A stretch of 32,000 nt of DNA from Synechococcus elongatus PCC 6301 (GTDB lineage: Bacteria; Cyanobacteriota; Cyanobacteriia; Synechococcales; Synechococcaceae), in NCBI RefSeq assembly GCF_000010065.1, contig NC_006576.1:840001-872000 (forward strand), read 5' to 3'. Of this stretch, positions 14,728 to 23,982 are shown piece after piece. Both the position numbers and the translations under genes were made by a program. The notes beneath the pieces are model-generated. The model searched no databases. It saw nothing but the letters and a program-made list of their open reading frames with translations, and was not told where the DNA came from. How positions within the stretch are numbered: the stretch's first letter is position 1; each line of letters opens with the position of its first letter.

Positions 14728-15276
14728 ATGGGGTTTTGGAAGAGTTTATTCTCTGCGCTAGATACACCTGTTGCAGCTCCCAGCTCAGTTCCTGCAGATG
14801 ATCCCTTGGCAGGCTATGGCCCCCAAGCTGTGGAGATCACCCCCGCGATCGCGGCCAATCAGCGTCTCATTCTCAGCACCCGTCGCGACATCGATCTGCA
14901 AGAATTAGAAGCCCTCTGTGACGCTGTCGGTTGGTCACGTCGTCCCGTCCGCAGAGTGCGCCGTGCCCTCGACAACAGCTTTTTAGTTGTTTCCCTTTGG
15001 GAACAGTTGGCTCAACAGCGGCGGCTGATCGGCTTTGCCCGTGCCACTTCTGACCACGCGTTCAATGCCACGATTTGGGATGTGGTGATCAACCCCAGCT
15101 TCCAAGGACAGGGTTTAGGGCGCGTTTTGATGGAATACGTGATTGCTCAGCTGCAACAAGCTGAGATTCCCAACATCACCCTCTTTGCCGATCCCCATGT
15201 GGTTGATTTCTATCGGCGTCTTGGCTTTGTGCTCGACCCCGAGGGCATCAAGGGCATGTTTTGGTATCCCAGTTAG
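14728..15276 (+). CDS. GNAT family N-acetyltransferase
   Basis: [24 protein letters not shown] acetyl-CoA binding motif and [33 protein letters not shown]. Confidence 0.85.
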   Translation: MGFWKSLFSALDTPVAAPSSVPADDPLAGYGPQAVEITPAIAANQRLILSTRRDIDLQELEALCDAVGWSRRPVRRVRRALDNSFLVVSLWEQLAQQRRLIGFARATSDHAFNATIWDVVINPSFQGQGLGRVLMEYVIAQLQQAEIPNITLFADPHVVDFYRRLGFVLDPEGIKGMFWYPS

Positions 15277-15290
15277 GGGGATCGCAGCGC

Positions 15291-15884
15291 ATGGATGACC
15301 TCCAATATCTCTGGACACTGCTGAGCGGTGAATTCAGTAACCAACCCCAAGCAATCGCAGAGCCCGTTCACTTTGTGCAACTGCGACTGTGGCAGCGGCC
15401 GCTCCTGTTGTTTGGGCACGATCGCCCTTGCCTCTTCCTAGAGCAGGCCAATGCCTTGCAACTCGATCGCCCCTATCGTCAGCGATTGCTCTGCTTAGAA
15501 GCCGATTTCTCAGGTCAACTGAGCGCTCAGTTCTATCAATTCAAAAATGCAGCCGCAGTGCTCGGTGCCGGCCAAGATCCCGATCGCCTGCGATCACTGA
15601 CCCCCGAAGATGTCCAGCTTCTAGAAAGCTGTCGCTTGGCTGTGGAACAAACCAGCCGCGGCGGTTACAACGCGCAATTACCGGCAGGTTGCCGCTGTCG
15701 ATTTTGGACCGATGGCATTGAGCGCCAAGTCAGCTTGGGCTTTGAAGTCTGGAGTGAGAGCGATCGGGTTAACTTCCACAGCTTCGATCGCGGCATTGAT
15801 CCCGAAACAGGTCGCAGCCTGTGGGGCGCGTTGATGGGACCCTACGAGTTCACGAAAGTTGCGGACTATGCCGTTACCGGTTGA
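15291..15884 (+). CDS. CpcT/CpeT-like phycobiliprotein chromophore lyase
   Basis: LWTLLSGEFSNQPQAIAEP...HFVQLRLWQRPL, YRQRLLCLE, CRCRFWTDG, GYNAQ, WGALMGPYEFTK typical of the CpcT/CpeT family. Confidence 0.8.
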   Translation: MDDLQYLWTLLSGEFSNQPQAIAEPVHFVQLRLWQRPLLLFGHDRPCLFLEQANALQLDRPYRQRLLCLEADFSGQLSAQFYQFKNAAAVLGAGQDPDRLRSLTPEDVQLLESCRLAVEQTSRGGYNAQLPAGCRCRFWTDGIERQVSLGFEVWSESDRVNFHSFDRGIDPETGRSLWGALMGPYEFTKVADYAVTG

Positions 15885-16013
15885 GTTTTAAGTCGTCTTC
15901 AGTCTGCGATCGGAACAGCTTCAGCACGATCAGTACTTTTGCGATCGCCTACGCAATGAGCAAGGGACAGCAGACTTCGCAAGAATGGGAACTATTCTGG
16001 TTTCCCTCTCGCT

Positions 16014-17228
16014 ATGAGTTCTTTTGCCCTCAGTTGGTCTGAGCTGGCTACTTTGACCGATTTCAACCCCGATCGCGTCAATGGCCCCACCAATGCCCAG
16101 AGCACCCTACGACTGTTTGGGCAGCCGGAGTCGGCAGTGCGCGTTACCCTCTATCGCGATCACCATGCTTGGTGTCCCTATTGCCAAAAGGTCTGGCTTT
16201 GGCTGGAGGAGAAACAAATTCCCTACCGCATCGCCAAGGTGACGATGTTCTGCTACGGCGAGAAAGAGACCTGGTACAAGCGCAAAGTCCCCTCGGGGAT
16301 GCTGCCAGCATTAGAACTCGATGGCCGAATCATTACGGAAAGCGATGACATTCTGCTGGCGCTGGAGTCTACTTTTGGACCACTGATGCATAGCCTGCTG
16401 GATCGGACCGTTTTACCCCTGCGCCGACTGGAGCGGGAACTCTTTCGGGCTTGGTGTGGCTGGCTTTGCTATCCCTCGCGATCGCCCCAACAGGATCAGC
16501 AAGGGCGCACTGCCTTTCAAGCGGTAGTTGATCGTGTTGAAGCAGCTCTGGCGAGTACCCCCGGCCCTTACTTCCTTGAGTGCTTTGGGGTGACGGATGT
16601 GATTTTCACGCCCTACGTCGAGCGGATGAACGCCAGCCTTTTCTACTACAAGGGCTATTCCCTGCGCGAGATCAACCCACGCCTCAGCGACTGGTTTGAG
16701 GCGATGGAAAGCCGCGAAACCTATCGGGGCACCCAGAGCGACTTCCATACCCACGCCCACGATTTGCCGCCGCAAATGGGCGGGTGCTACGCCAACACCG
16801 ATCCACAAACGGCGGTATGCCAAGCCCGTGTGGATCAAGGCCCTTGGTTTGGGTTGCCCGATGTGACTTATCCTGAGCCGCCCACGGCTCGCCAAGAAGC
16901 CCTACAACGGGTGTTGCGCCACAAAGACACGCTAATCCGCCTGAACCCACTAGAGGCTGAGGTCTTCGATCCGGCTCTCCGCGCTGCGCTCACCACGCTA
17001 ATAACCGGCCAAGTTTGTCCGCCACCGGCTGGCTCTGATCGAGGACTGCGCTATCTGCGCGATCGCATCAGCGTGCCTCGTGATATGTCGATCTATGCGG
17101 CCAAACACTTGCGGGAAGCCTTGGAGGCAACAGCACAACTAGCGGGCGATCGCCAAGGACCAGCGATTTCCATGCGCGATCGCCGTGACCAAGATCCTGC
17201 CCGCTTTGCCAGTGCAACCGCTTGTTAA
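16014..17228 (+). CDS. Glutathione S-transferase family protein
   Basis: [35 protein letters not shown]...[24 protein letters not shown] is a GST N-terminal thioredoxin fold with CPYC. Confidence 0.85.
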   Translation: MSSFALSWSELATLTDFNPDRVNGPTNAQSTLRLFGQPESAVRVTLYRDHHAWCPYCQKVWLWLEEKQIPYRIAKVTMFCYGEKETWYKRKVPSGMLPALELDGRIITESDDILLALESTFGPLMHSLLDRTVLPLRRLERELFRAWCGWLCYPSRSPQQDQQGRTAFQAVVDRVEAALASTPGPYFLECFGVTDVIFTPYVERMNASLFYYKGYSLREINPRLSDWFEAMESRETYRGTQSDFHTHAHDLPPQMGGCYANTDPQTAVCQARVDQGPWFGLPDVTYPEPPTARQEALQRVLRHKDTLIRLNPLEAEVFDPALRAALTTLITGQVCPPPAGSDRGLRYLRDRISVPRDMSIYAAKHLREALEATAQLAGDRQGPAISMRDRRDQDPARFASATAC

Positions 17229-18709
17229 CGCTGAGCCTGGAGCTGCGCAATCACGGCAAACCGCACATCCTGTCCCCGTTGCAGCGACCGTAGGCCCGGA
17301 TTCTGCTCGGTCAGGAACCCGAGTCCTTTCTCCTGTCCTGTCAGCAGATAGTCGGCGATCGCGACGCGATACCAGCGATCGGGCCGCAGGGGCTGACCTT
17401 GGATTTGCCAGCCCCGATCGCTCCGCTGCACGCCATCGGTTTGCAGGAAGCCGCCACTGCCCCGATTTTTGAGTCCCTGTTCTAAAACCCGTTGCAGCAG
17501 CTCACCTCGCATTTCTACCGAGGCGATCGCCCCCCCAAAGGGCAGCATTCGAATCACGTCGTACTGACTAATCGGCCCCGATGGCAATACATCATCAATC
17601 CGAATTGCGCCGCTGTTATAAATCGCTAGCTCAGCTGTCGGTACTGCCCGCAGATAACTTTTAGCAATCAAGCGTGTCAGTGCTGTTGATTCGTTACGGA
17701 CAGAACTTTCTAGCCCATCCAGCGGTTCGGTGGTACGCCCCACGATCGCACTGGGGTCAAAGCCTTGGGCACGGAAGCCGGTGAATCCTTTTTCCAGCCA
17801 AGTCTGCACAACAGCAGCTGTTGTCGGATCTTCAGGAATCACTGGCGTGATCGGCACGAGTTGCGAACTGATCTGTAGATCGCGACGATCGCTGTCGTAG
17901 GTCAGCCGATGCACGTAGACGGTGCGGGCGTTGGCATCAGCCTTGAAGATTGGCGTGAAGTCATCGCCCACCCACTGCTGGATATTTTCATGCTCGTGCC
18001 CACCCAAAATCAGGTCCAAAGCCGGTAGCGATCGCGCCAGTCGTTGGTCCTGTGAGAGATTCAAATGAGTCAGCCCAATAAACAAATCAGTGTTGGACTG
18101 ACGCTGCTGGATCTGTTGTTGCAGGGTCTTCAGCGGATCGCCGTAGCGGACGTAGGGAGCTTGGTTGCTATCGATCGTTACCCCTAAAACCGAGACTTTC
18201 AGCGGCGGGCAAACGGGCTTTTGGCAATCGGTCGCCTGCACCTGAAATTGGTAGTCCGTTTGGGTGTTGGGGAACAAGCGACCCTGAGCATCGAGCACGT
18301 TACCCGTTACCAACGCGAACTTCTGCTCCTGCAATCGCTGGCGCAACTGGGCTTCAGAAATATCAAATTCATGGTTGCCAAAGGTCGCTAAGTCCAGGCC
18401 CATTGCATTCAGAACAGCAACCATTTGTTGCCCAGCCAAGCGATCGCCGTTGACCTTCGCTGTTCCCAAGGCAGAAGGACTGAGGTAGTCGCCTGCCAAC
18501 ATCGACCAAGTCTGCGGATTCTCTGCCTTCAGTTGCTTCAGCAAGGTCGCAACCCGCGCTAAACCGCCGCTCCGTCCACCCTGTACTGGCGTAATTTCGT
18601 AGACGTCATTCAGCTGCAGAATCTGAAAGCGGTAGATCTCTGCTGCCGCCGGCCCCATCCAGCCCAGCCCCAGTGCTACCCCGATCGCCAGCGATCGCCC
18701 CAGTCGCAT
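17225..18709 (-). CDS. Bifunctional metallophosphatase/5'-nucleotidase (secreted)
   Basis: [41 protein letters not shown]-terminal NSGAIR/DV... domain; N-terminal signal peptide. Start may alternatively be 18739. Confidence 0.88.
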   Translation of the reverse strand: MRLGRSLAIGVALGLGWMGPAAAEIYRFQILQLNDVYEITPVQGGRSGGLARVATLLKQLKAENPQTWSMLAGDYLSPSALGTAKVNGDRLAGQQMVAVLNAMGLDLATFGNHEFDISEAQLRQRLQEQKFALVTGNVLDAQGRLFPNTQTDYQFQVQATDCQKPVCPPLKVSVLGVTIDSNQAPYVRYGDPLKTLQQQIQQRQSNTDLFIGLTHLNLSQDQRLARSLPALDLILGGHEHENIQQWVGDDFTPIFKADANARTVYVHRLTYDSDRRDLQISSQLVPITPVIPEDPTTAAVVQTWLEKGFTGFRAQGFDPSAIVGRTTEPLDGLESSVRNESTALTRLIAKSYLRAVPTAELAIYNSGAIRIDDVLPSGPISQYDVIRMLPFGGAIASVEMRGELLQRVLEQGLKNRGSGGFLQTDGVQRSDRGWQIQGQPLRPDRWYRVAIADYLLTGQEKGLGFLTEQNPGLRSLQRGQDVRFAVIAQLQAQR

Positions 18710-18739
18710 CCCCATTTCCTTTGTTCTGCTCCCACTCAT

Positions 18740-19642
18740 TCACGGACTCGAGGCTAGATAGCCGTTACGCTCCAGAAAAGCACGCAGGGCTTCTGGGAAG
18801 TTGCGGTAGCGCACTTCTTTCCCCTTACAGCGACCTTGATCGTCGTAAGTCCCTAGGCATTCTTCCAGCCCCCACTCGGAGGGTTCATAGCGAGATTCCA
18901 CCAAGGCCCAAGCCTGAGGGAATTTGCCCAAGATGGCTTGAGTCGCGGCATAGCCCGCGAGAAGACCGTTGCTATCTGGCGATCGCGGCGGGGTCTCCTG
19001 AATTGCCTTGAGCATCCGCTCAGCAGCTTCTTCATGTAGACGACGGAACTGAGGCTGCTGCGAGACATTGATGAACTTGCCGTTCTGCAATTGCCAGACC
19101 TGCACGGGTGGGGAGCTACCGGCATAGGAGCTGAATTGATAAAGAAAGCGATTGTCGACATCCACAAATTCCGATTGCCCATCGCCATCAACATCAACGA
19201 GGGGATGAGGCCCCCCGTCAAAGCTGCCCAAAGCCAGCGATCGCCACTGTTTACCGCTGGGATCGCTACTGATCACTTCCACCTGATTGCAGCAGTGTGC
19301 TCCACCGGTGTAGTGCGAGATGATCACTTCTGGATAGGGATTGCTGGCGTCCATCTCAGCAATTTCCACCAGCGTGTCCATGCCTGGCAGATCAGGACGG
19401 AGAGCACGAAAAACAGTTTTGCCACTAACTTGCACTGTCACAACAGGCGGTGGGGGATCACCATCCGGCGTGGTGCTGCGTGGAACATTGATGCTGACAC
19501 TGACAGGATTCACCGTGAGCAGCTGTTCGCCGGGACCGCTACTTGAATTGAAGTTCAGCGTAGTGGCGGCTTGAGCGATCGCTGCACCATTACCACCCAA
19601 AAAGCTCAGGGCAAGCAGCCAAGCGCTGAGGTTTATTCGCAT
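18740..19642 (-). CDS. Exported hypothetical protein
   Basis: Signal peptide MRINLSAWLLALSFLGGNGAAIAQA and a conserved-looking soluble domain (YTGGAHCCNQVEV, DVDGDGQSEFV). Confidence 0.75.
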   Translation of the reverse strand: MRINLSAWLLALSFLGGNGAAIAQAATTLNFNSSSGPGEQLLTVNPVSVSINVPRSTTPDGDPPPPVVTVQVSGKTVFRALRPDLPGMDTLVEIAEMDASNPYPEVIISHYTGGAHCCNQVEVISSDPSGKQWRSLALGSFDGGPHPLVDVDGDGQSEFVDVDNRFLYQFSSYAGSSPPVQVWQLQNGKFINVSQQPQFRRLHEEAAERMLKAIQETPPRSPDSNGLLAGYAATQAILGKFPQAWALVESRYEPSEWGLEECLGTYDDQGRCKGKEVRYRNFPEALRAFLERNGYLASSP

Positions 19643-19689
19643 CTCCCACACCCCAATGAGCCTACCGATTCTGCCGCGATCGCCCTGCC

Positions 19690-20346
19690 CTAATCCGCAA
19701 TTTGCAACTGCTGACGAACCTCAGCTACAGGCAGCGCCCAGAAATGATCCCAGCGCTGCGCCAGCAACAGTTGTGGCGAATGGCGCCCCCGCCGAAAAGC
19801 ATCGGAAATCGCATCAACCAAGGCTGGGATGCGATCGGGCTGAGCCACCGAGGTGCGCAACAACCCCATACTGACCACAACCACGCTGAAGGGAATCGGC
19901 AGTTGTCCCATCAGAAAGGCTTGCAGGGCTACTTCACCCCGAGGATCAGTCCCCAACCCCGTCGCGATGTGGTGAAAATCGTGGGTGGTTCGCCAGAGTC
20001 GCTTGAAATAGCTCAGGTCATCATCGCCTTCAACCGGCGCAATTTGGATGACGTAGTCGGGGTCAAAGCCATTGCCGACCAGCATCTCCGCATAGACTCG
20101 ACCAAAACTACCCTCGGGGAGTTGCAGCAAGCTCGACAAGTTGAGTTCGGGCAGCACCCAGCGCTCCTCGAACAACTGGCCGGCAGCAGGATCATTGCGC
20201 AGCGCCTCAACCGTCAAGCGACCATATTCACCGGCCTCTAAGGCATCCTCAGCCGTGAAGAGACGACGGACGTCAAAGTCAGCCTCAAACAGACTTTGCA
20301 AGGCCGAAAATCCTTGTAATTGCTGTTCAAGCTGGGTGTCGATCAT
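19690..20346 (-). CDS. COQ4-like family protein
   Basis: LWRTTHDFHHIATGLGTDPRGEVALQAF resembles the COQ4 HDxxHxxxG signature. Start placed at MIDTQLEQQLQ. Confidence 0.7.
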   Translation of the reverse strand: MIDTQLEQQLQGFSALQSLFEADFDVRRLFTAEDALEAGEYGRLTVEALRNDPAAGQLFEERWVLPELNLSSLLQLPEGSFGRVYAEMLVGNGFDPDYVIQIAPVEGDDDLSYFKRLWRTTHDFHHIATGLGTDPRGEVALQAFLMGQLPIPFSVVVVSMGLLRTSVAQPDRIPALVDAISDAFRRGRHSPQLLLAQRWDHFWALPVAEVRQQLQIAD

Positions 20347-20420
20347 CACAAAAACTCCTGCAGTATTCGAGGCTCGCTGCATCAGAGGCTGCAGCCCGAT
20401 CGCTTCAGATGAATCGAGGC

Positions 20421-20711
20421 TTAGCTGTCTTCGGCATTCGGCGGCTGGTGAGGCGACAGTGCGGGCAGGCGATAGCACTGTTCAAGGTAACGCTGCCGAT
20501 AGCAACGCCAGTAGTGAACAGGATTGAGAATAGCTCTGCGATCGCGCTGAAAAAGTGGCTGAGAAAGATAGTCCTTCCACGGAAATGCCAAGCTCCAGCC
20601 GGTAGTAGGCGAGAACATCAGACCGGCCCCCAGAAGAATGCAATAGAAATACTCTTGGCTCCAGTGTGCCCCGCGATTTTGGCCCCTACGACATATGCAA
20701 CAGTGCTTCAT
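20421..20711 (-). CDS. Small hypothetical protein
   Basis: Open frame of 96 aa with no recognisable domain; coding status uncertain. Confidence 0.3.
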   Translation of the reverse strand: MKHCCICRRGQNRGAHWSQEYFYCILLGAGLMFSPTTGWSLAFPWKDYLSQPLFQRDRRAILNPVHYWRCYRQRYLEQCYRLPALSPHQPPNAEDS

Positions 20712-20836
20712 TTAAGCCAGCAAGTACCCTAAACGCTAGCCATCCCAGGGCGCGATCGCGACGCCAGTACAATCCACTGAGGTGAAGCGGCGATCTGACA
20801 CAAACCCATGAAGGGCGATCGCGTCGGTAGACAGCA

Positions 20837-20876
20837 AAAAGCCGCTCTAGGGCTGACCCAAAGCGGCTTTCGTTTT
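20837..20876 (-). terminator. Rho-independent terminator downstream of the tRNA-Leu 3' remnant
   Basis: Minus strand: AAAGCCGC-loop-GCGGCTTTTT stem with T-tract just past the tRNA 3' end; + strand arms AAAAGCCGC (20837-20845) and GCGGCTTT (20863-20870). Confidence 0.7.
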
Positions 20877-20880
20877 GTGA

Positions 20881-20936
20881 TGGGCAAGGTGGGACTCGAA
20901 CCCACACACTATCGCTAGCGGCAGATTTTGAGTCTG
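20881..20936 (-). tRNA. tRNA-Leu(CAA), 3' half only (anticodon arm to discriminator base); probable attachment-site remnant
   Basis: Minus strand CAGACTCAAAATCTGCCGCTAGCGATAGTGTGTGGGTTCGAGTCCCACCTTGCCCA: anticodon loop CTCAAAA (CAA), long variable arm, T-arm GTGGG-TTCGAGT-CCCAC and acceptor 3' strand CTTGCCC. No D-arm or 5' acceptor GGGCAAG upstream. Confidence 0.85.
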
Positions 20937-21020
20937 GATAGTCCGCACCTTAAACCCTTGCTCAGCAATTATTCTTGGGCGATGTTCAGGTCAGTGGACT
21001 AAAAAGGGGCGGATAGTGGA

Positions 21021-21455
21021 CTAGCTCAGCGCTGCCAGAAGGTCAGCTTTCCGCATGCGGCTCCAGTTCGGAATCTGGCGCTGCTGAGCGATCGCCTTCA
21101 GCTCGCGGATGGTCATCGAAGCGCAGACAGTCGGGATGTTTGCATCGACAGCAGCGGTGTGCGTCTGAACCATGTAGACCGTCAGTGCCCAAGGCTCGAT
21201 CGCAGCGCGTAGTGCGGGGGCCTCTTCGCCCAGTTGCTCAGCCACGAATCGGCGGAAGCCGTACTCAGCGATCGCGACGCGGTGTGCCAGGTGAGTGTTG
21301 TACCAGCGGCGAGCGATGCGACCGGCCACGATGGTGCGCCCTGCCCAGCGTCCGAGGTGACGGCCAGCGACGGGAGCGTACTCAGCGATGACTGCGCAGG
21401 CCAGCATCAGCATCAGCTGGGCGAGGCCTGCGGTATGGGTGAATGTATTTTTCAT
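21021..21455 (-). CDS. Small protein with N-terminal hydrophobic segment and C-terminal Rho-N/SAP-like motif
   Basis: MKNTFTHTAGLAQLMLML... and C-terminal SMTIRELKAIAQQRQIPNWSRMRKADLLAAL, which resembles a Rho N-terminal-like helix-extended domain. Confidence 0.55.
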   Translation of the reverse strand: MKNTFTHTAGLAQLMLMLACAVIAEYAPVAGRHLGRWAGRTIVAGRIARRWYNTHLAHRVAIAEYGFRRFVAEQLGEEAPALRAAIEPWALTVYMVQTHTAAVDANIPTVCASMTIRELKAIAQQRQIPNWSRMRKADLLAALS

Positions 21456-21613
21456 GGTGTGAATCTCGGGAATGTGTAGAGCGGCGATCGCGGAATGTGT
21501 AGAGCGTCGCGACCGACTTCCATATAATAACAACAGGTTTTGTCTACCGTCAACAAGATTCCTTGGATCTCGTCGGCAAGGACAGACAAGCCCCGCCGAG
21601 GCAGGGCTAGTGA

Positions 21614-21820
21614 TCACTGCTGCTGGCGCTTCTTGGCTCGCCAGCGCCGCTGTCGCTCGGTAGCAGTGAGTGGGCGATCGCCGAGGGTCGGCCTGCCAGC
21701 ACTGCCTCCGGTGAAGGATCGCCTGCAGGATTTGCAGCGCCAGCGCTGGCGACCATCCTCGCTGTGGCCGTAGCGAATCACGTCGCAGCTACTGCAGTTC
21801 GGGCAGGGTGGGCAGGTCAT
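21614..21820 (-). CDS. Small zinc-ribbon protein (InsA/IS1-like ribbon)
   Basis: CPPCPNCSSCDVIRYGHSEDGRQRWRCKSCRRSFTGG is a transposase-type zinc ribbon pattern with a basic tail and no catalytic domain. Confidence 0.6.
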   Translation of the reverse strand: MTCPPCPNCSSCDVIRYGHSEDGRQRWRCKSCRRSFTGGSAGRPTLGDRPLTATERQRRWRAKKRQQQ

Positions 21821-21830
21821 GGTGCAGTCC

Positions 21831-22478
21831 TCAGGGTTTCAGGCAGCGATCGAGGAGCAGCTCTTTGGTGCTGAGCAGCCAGTTGCAGAGTGTGTCTGCC
21901 TGTTTGGCGAGACTGCGATCGCGGCTGAGTCGGTTGATCTGCGACAGCGCATAGATCGCCTGCACCATCCCAAACTGGAAGTCGCTCAGGAGTTCAGCAT
22001 CGGTCTTTGCTGCCGGATTGGACTGCGTGAAGCGGCCACTTTCGTCGCGGTTCCGATGCCAGTCAGCGGGCGCTGTCGTCTTGCGCCGGAGTGGCACAGG
22101 CTGCGAGGTGGGCAGCGCTGCAGTGGGCAGGGCTTTTTGATCGCGCTCCTCGGACTCGCGAATCCTCAGGTAGAAATACTCTTGGGCAGCAGCCACTGAG
22201 CGCTTTCTTGGGTCGGAGTTCATCGCCACGAGGTATGCCGCCAAGCGCGATAGCCTGTAGTCCTCTCTCGGGCGTCCGCCTGTTTTGAACTTTGTTATCG
22301 TGCGGCTGAAGTGATCTGCTACATGCTTCCCACGGCGCTGGCATGAGATGATCGCGCGATCAATGGCGTTGGTGAAATGCTGCCAGTGCGGGTAATCCAG
22401 AAAACCCATCAGCTCGCGCCCATTCCAGAACTCTTGGCCGTTCTCGACGTGGCGAATGCTGTCAAACGGTGAAGTCAT
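21831..22478 (-). CDS. DinD/BRO-like (antirepressor-related) protein
   Basis: GQEFWNGRELMGFLDYPHWQHFTNAIDRAI...TKFKTGGRPREDYRLSRLAAYLVAMNSDPRKRSVAAAQEYFYLRIRE matches the damage-inducible DinD/phage antirepressor N-terminal pattern. Confidence 0.7.
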   Translation of the reverse strand: MTSPFDSIRHVENGQEFWNGRELMGFLDYPHWQHFTNAIDRAIISCQRRGKHVADHFSRTITKFKTGGRPREDYRLSRLAAYLVAMNSDPRKRSVAAAQEYFYLRIRESEERDQKALPTAALPTSQPVPLRRKTTAPADWHRNRDESGRFTQSNPAAKTDAELLSDFQFGMVQAIYALSQINRLSRDRSLAKQADTLCNWLLSTKELLLDRCLKP

Positions 22479-22540
22479 TGTTCAGTTATCCAGAAAATTG
22501 GTGATTGGGCTGTGTCGCTAGATCCGAACGGTTCGGGAAA

Positions 22541-22819
22541 TTAGCCGATGCAGACGTAGACGCCGCGTGAGCGAACTAATGCGTAAGTGGTGCCGTGTCG
22601 GTCTTCGTAGGTCTTCGGCGCTTCGTCGATCGGATAAGCGCGGCCTTGGCAATAGACGACACGGCAGTACAGCTCACTGGCTGGCAAGGGCTGATGGCAA
22701 TGCGGGCAGGTCTCCCAGCGATGAAGCGCTGGCAACAGCGGGCCAGCTTCCGGAAATTCGTGCGCGGTTCGGTAAGCCGCCTGATGGGCAGCCTTGTCGA
22801 TGTCGAATGAAGGATTCAT
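22541..22819 (-). CDS. Small CxxC-containing protein
   Basis: MNPSFDIDKAAHQAAYRTAHEFPEAGPLLPALHRWETCPHCHQPLPASELYCRVVYCQGRAY...; first good ATG at 22819, the longer ORF track start crosses the regulatory region. Confidence 0.5.
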   Translation of the reverse strand: MNPSFDIDKAAHQAAYRTAHEFPEAGPLLPALHRWETCPHCHQPLPASELYCRVVYCQGRAYPIDEAPKTYEDRHGTTYALVRSRGVYVCIG

Positions 22820-22901
22820 GATTGTTGTGTTCGAAAGGACAAGAAAGGCGGCTTGCTTACCAGGCGGGGTCGCCTTTCTTCTATGCCTAGAGTTACAGCA
22901 C

Positions 22902-22945
22902 CATATGCTGCTGTCAATATGCAGGGCTGATAAAATTTGAGGTAC
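22902..22945. promoter_or_regulatory. Candidate divergent promoter/operator of the lysogeny control region
   Basis: Minus strand TTGACA (22917-22912); + strand -10-like TGATAAAAT upstream of the HTH gene with RBS AGAGAGGAGAGG; direct repeats CATATGCTG (22902) and AATATGCAG (22916), 14 nt apart. Confidence 0.4.
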
Positions 22946-22962
22946 CAAGAGAGGAGAGGTCG

Positions 22963-23181
22963 ATGAAAGTGCGTTGTAAGCTACCGGAGCTAATCCGAGA
23001 TGCAGGCTTAACACAAGGAAGAGTGGCAACAGAAGCAGGGCTGAGCCCCGTGACTGTGAGTAAGCTGTGTCGTCAACACTTCAGCCAGATAGACGTTGAA
23101 ACGGTTTACAAGCTATGCCGCTTCTTCCAGCTCAAATCAATTGATGACCTGTTAGAAATTGAGCGTAGCGAGCCTTCTTGA
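22963..23181 (+). CDS. XRE/Cro-type HTH regulator 1
   Basis: MKVRCKLPELIRDAGLTQGRVATEAGLSPVTVSKLCRQHFSQIDVETVYKLCRFFQLKSIDDLLEI. Confidence 0.8.
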   Translation: MKVRCKLPELIRDAGLTQGRVATEAGLSPVTVSKLCRQHFSQIDVETVYKLCRFFQLKSIDDLLEIERSEPS

Positions 23182-23199
23182 GTTTCCTCGCTTGACCGC

Positions 23200-23232
23200 G
23201 AAAACTCCTCCCAGCCTGCGTTTTCCGTTTCT
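23200..23232 (+). repeat. 33-nt module copy 1
   Basis: GAAAACTCCTCCCAGCCTGCGTTTTCCGTTTCT; contains inverted arms GAAAAC/GTTTTC. Confidence 0.85.
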
Positions 23233-23272
23233 CTTCTTGCTATGAAACCGCTTTTAGCGTTATCAAAAGCCG

Positions 23273-23512
23273 ATGAAAGTGCGTTGCTACCTAAGAGAAC
23301 TGATGGAAGAGCGAGGGCTTGATCAGAAGTCCTTGGCGATCGCAGCTGGCTTAGGCGTAACGACCGTGAGCCGCCTTTACAAGAACCGGTTTGACCGCGT
23401 GGACGTGACGACACTGACAAAGCTGTGCAAGTTCTTCCAGCTCAAGTCAGTTAACGAACTTTTAGATATCGAAGTAGAAGATGAAGATCCGAGGTCTCAA
23501 GACCCTTGGTAG
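23273..23512 (+). CDS. XRE/Cro-type HTH regulator 2 (paralogue of regulator 1)
   Basis: MKVRCYLRELMEERGLDQKSLAIAAGLGVTTVSRLYKNRFDRVDVTTLTKLCKFFQLKSVNELLDIE; shares CGATGAAAGTGCGTTG at the start with regulator 1. Confidence 0.8.
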   Translation: MKVRCYLRELMEERGLDQKSLAIAAGLGVTTVSRLYKNRFDRVDVTTLTKLCKFFQLKSVNELLDIEVEDEDPRSQDPW

Positions 23513-23563
23513 AGTTTTTATTGACGCCAATAAAAAGCCTCTGACCTTTTTGGCGACCCCGCC

Positions 23564-23596
23564 GAAAAACCCTCCCAGCCTGCGTTTTCCGTTTCT
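23564..23596 (+). repeat. 33-nt module copy 2
   Basis: GAAAAACCCTCCCAGCCTGCGTTTTCCGTTTCT, differs from copy 1 at 2 positions. Confidence 0.85.
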
Positions 23597-23618
23597 ATTT
23601 CTGTTAGTAAATACCCTT

Positions 23619-23879
23619 ATGAAAAATTACGCTGTGCCAAACATTGCGGCGCTTAGGAAGCGCACTGGGCTGAGCCAAACGCAGCTGGCTAACATCGTTG
23701 GCGTTGACCCTGTGACAATCCGCAACTGGGAAAGAGGGCGATCGGGCCTTGACTGGTTTGTGAAGCTCGCCAAGTTGTGCGAAGCACTTGACTGCTCTCC
23801 TCGTGACTTAGTCAAGGATCCGGACAGTGAATCAAAAAAGGTGCCACGGACAGTTAATGAGCTTTTTGCAAGCTTCTAA
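23619..23879 (+). CDS. XRE-type HTH regulator 3
   Basis: MKNYAVPNIAALRKRTGLSQTQLANIVGVDPVTIRNWERGRSGLDWFVKLAKLCEALDCSPRDLV; the start at 23619 is more natural than the 23481 ORF-track start. Confidence 0.8.
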   Translation: MKNYAVPNIAALRKRTGLSQTQLANIVGVDPVTIRNWERGRSGLDWFVKLAKLCEALDCSPRDLVKDPDSESKKVPRTVNELFASF

Positions 23880-23900
23880 AACTTTTTACGGGACGTGCCT

Positions 23901-23933
23901 GAAAAGCTCTCCCAGCCTACGTTTTCCGTTTCA
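23901..23933 (+). repeat. 33-nt module copy 3
   Basis: GAAAAGCTCTCCCAGCCTACGTTTTCCGTTTCA, differs from copy 2 at 4 positions. Confidence 0.85.
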
Positions 23934-23950
23934 CTTCTCATCACAAAAGC

Positions 23951-23982
23951 AAAGCCCCAAGTGTAGACCGAGGGGCTTTTTT
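23951..23982 (+). terminator. Rho-independent terminator after the HTH cluster
   Basis: AAAGCCCC-AAGTGTAGACCGA-GGGGCTTTTTT. Confidence 0.8.

Noticed and set aside
16413-16895. 160-aa minus ORF over the GST-like gene
   Set aside because: Antisense to a well-supported CDS, no domain.
20686-20907. 73-aa minus ORF starting MWVRVPPCP
   Set aside because: This is translation through the tRNA T-arm, a common annotation artefact.
22841-22885. Hairpin AGAAAGGCG...CGCCTTTCT as a terminator
   Set aside because: Arms are complementary but the ~20-nt loop and position inside the divergent promoter region make its role unclear.
23200-23933. Integron attC-like cassette sites
   Set aside because: No GTTRRRY/RYYYAAC core pair or integrase seen. 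Kept only as a general cassette-boundary hypothesis, not as an integron call.
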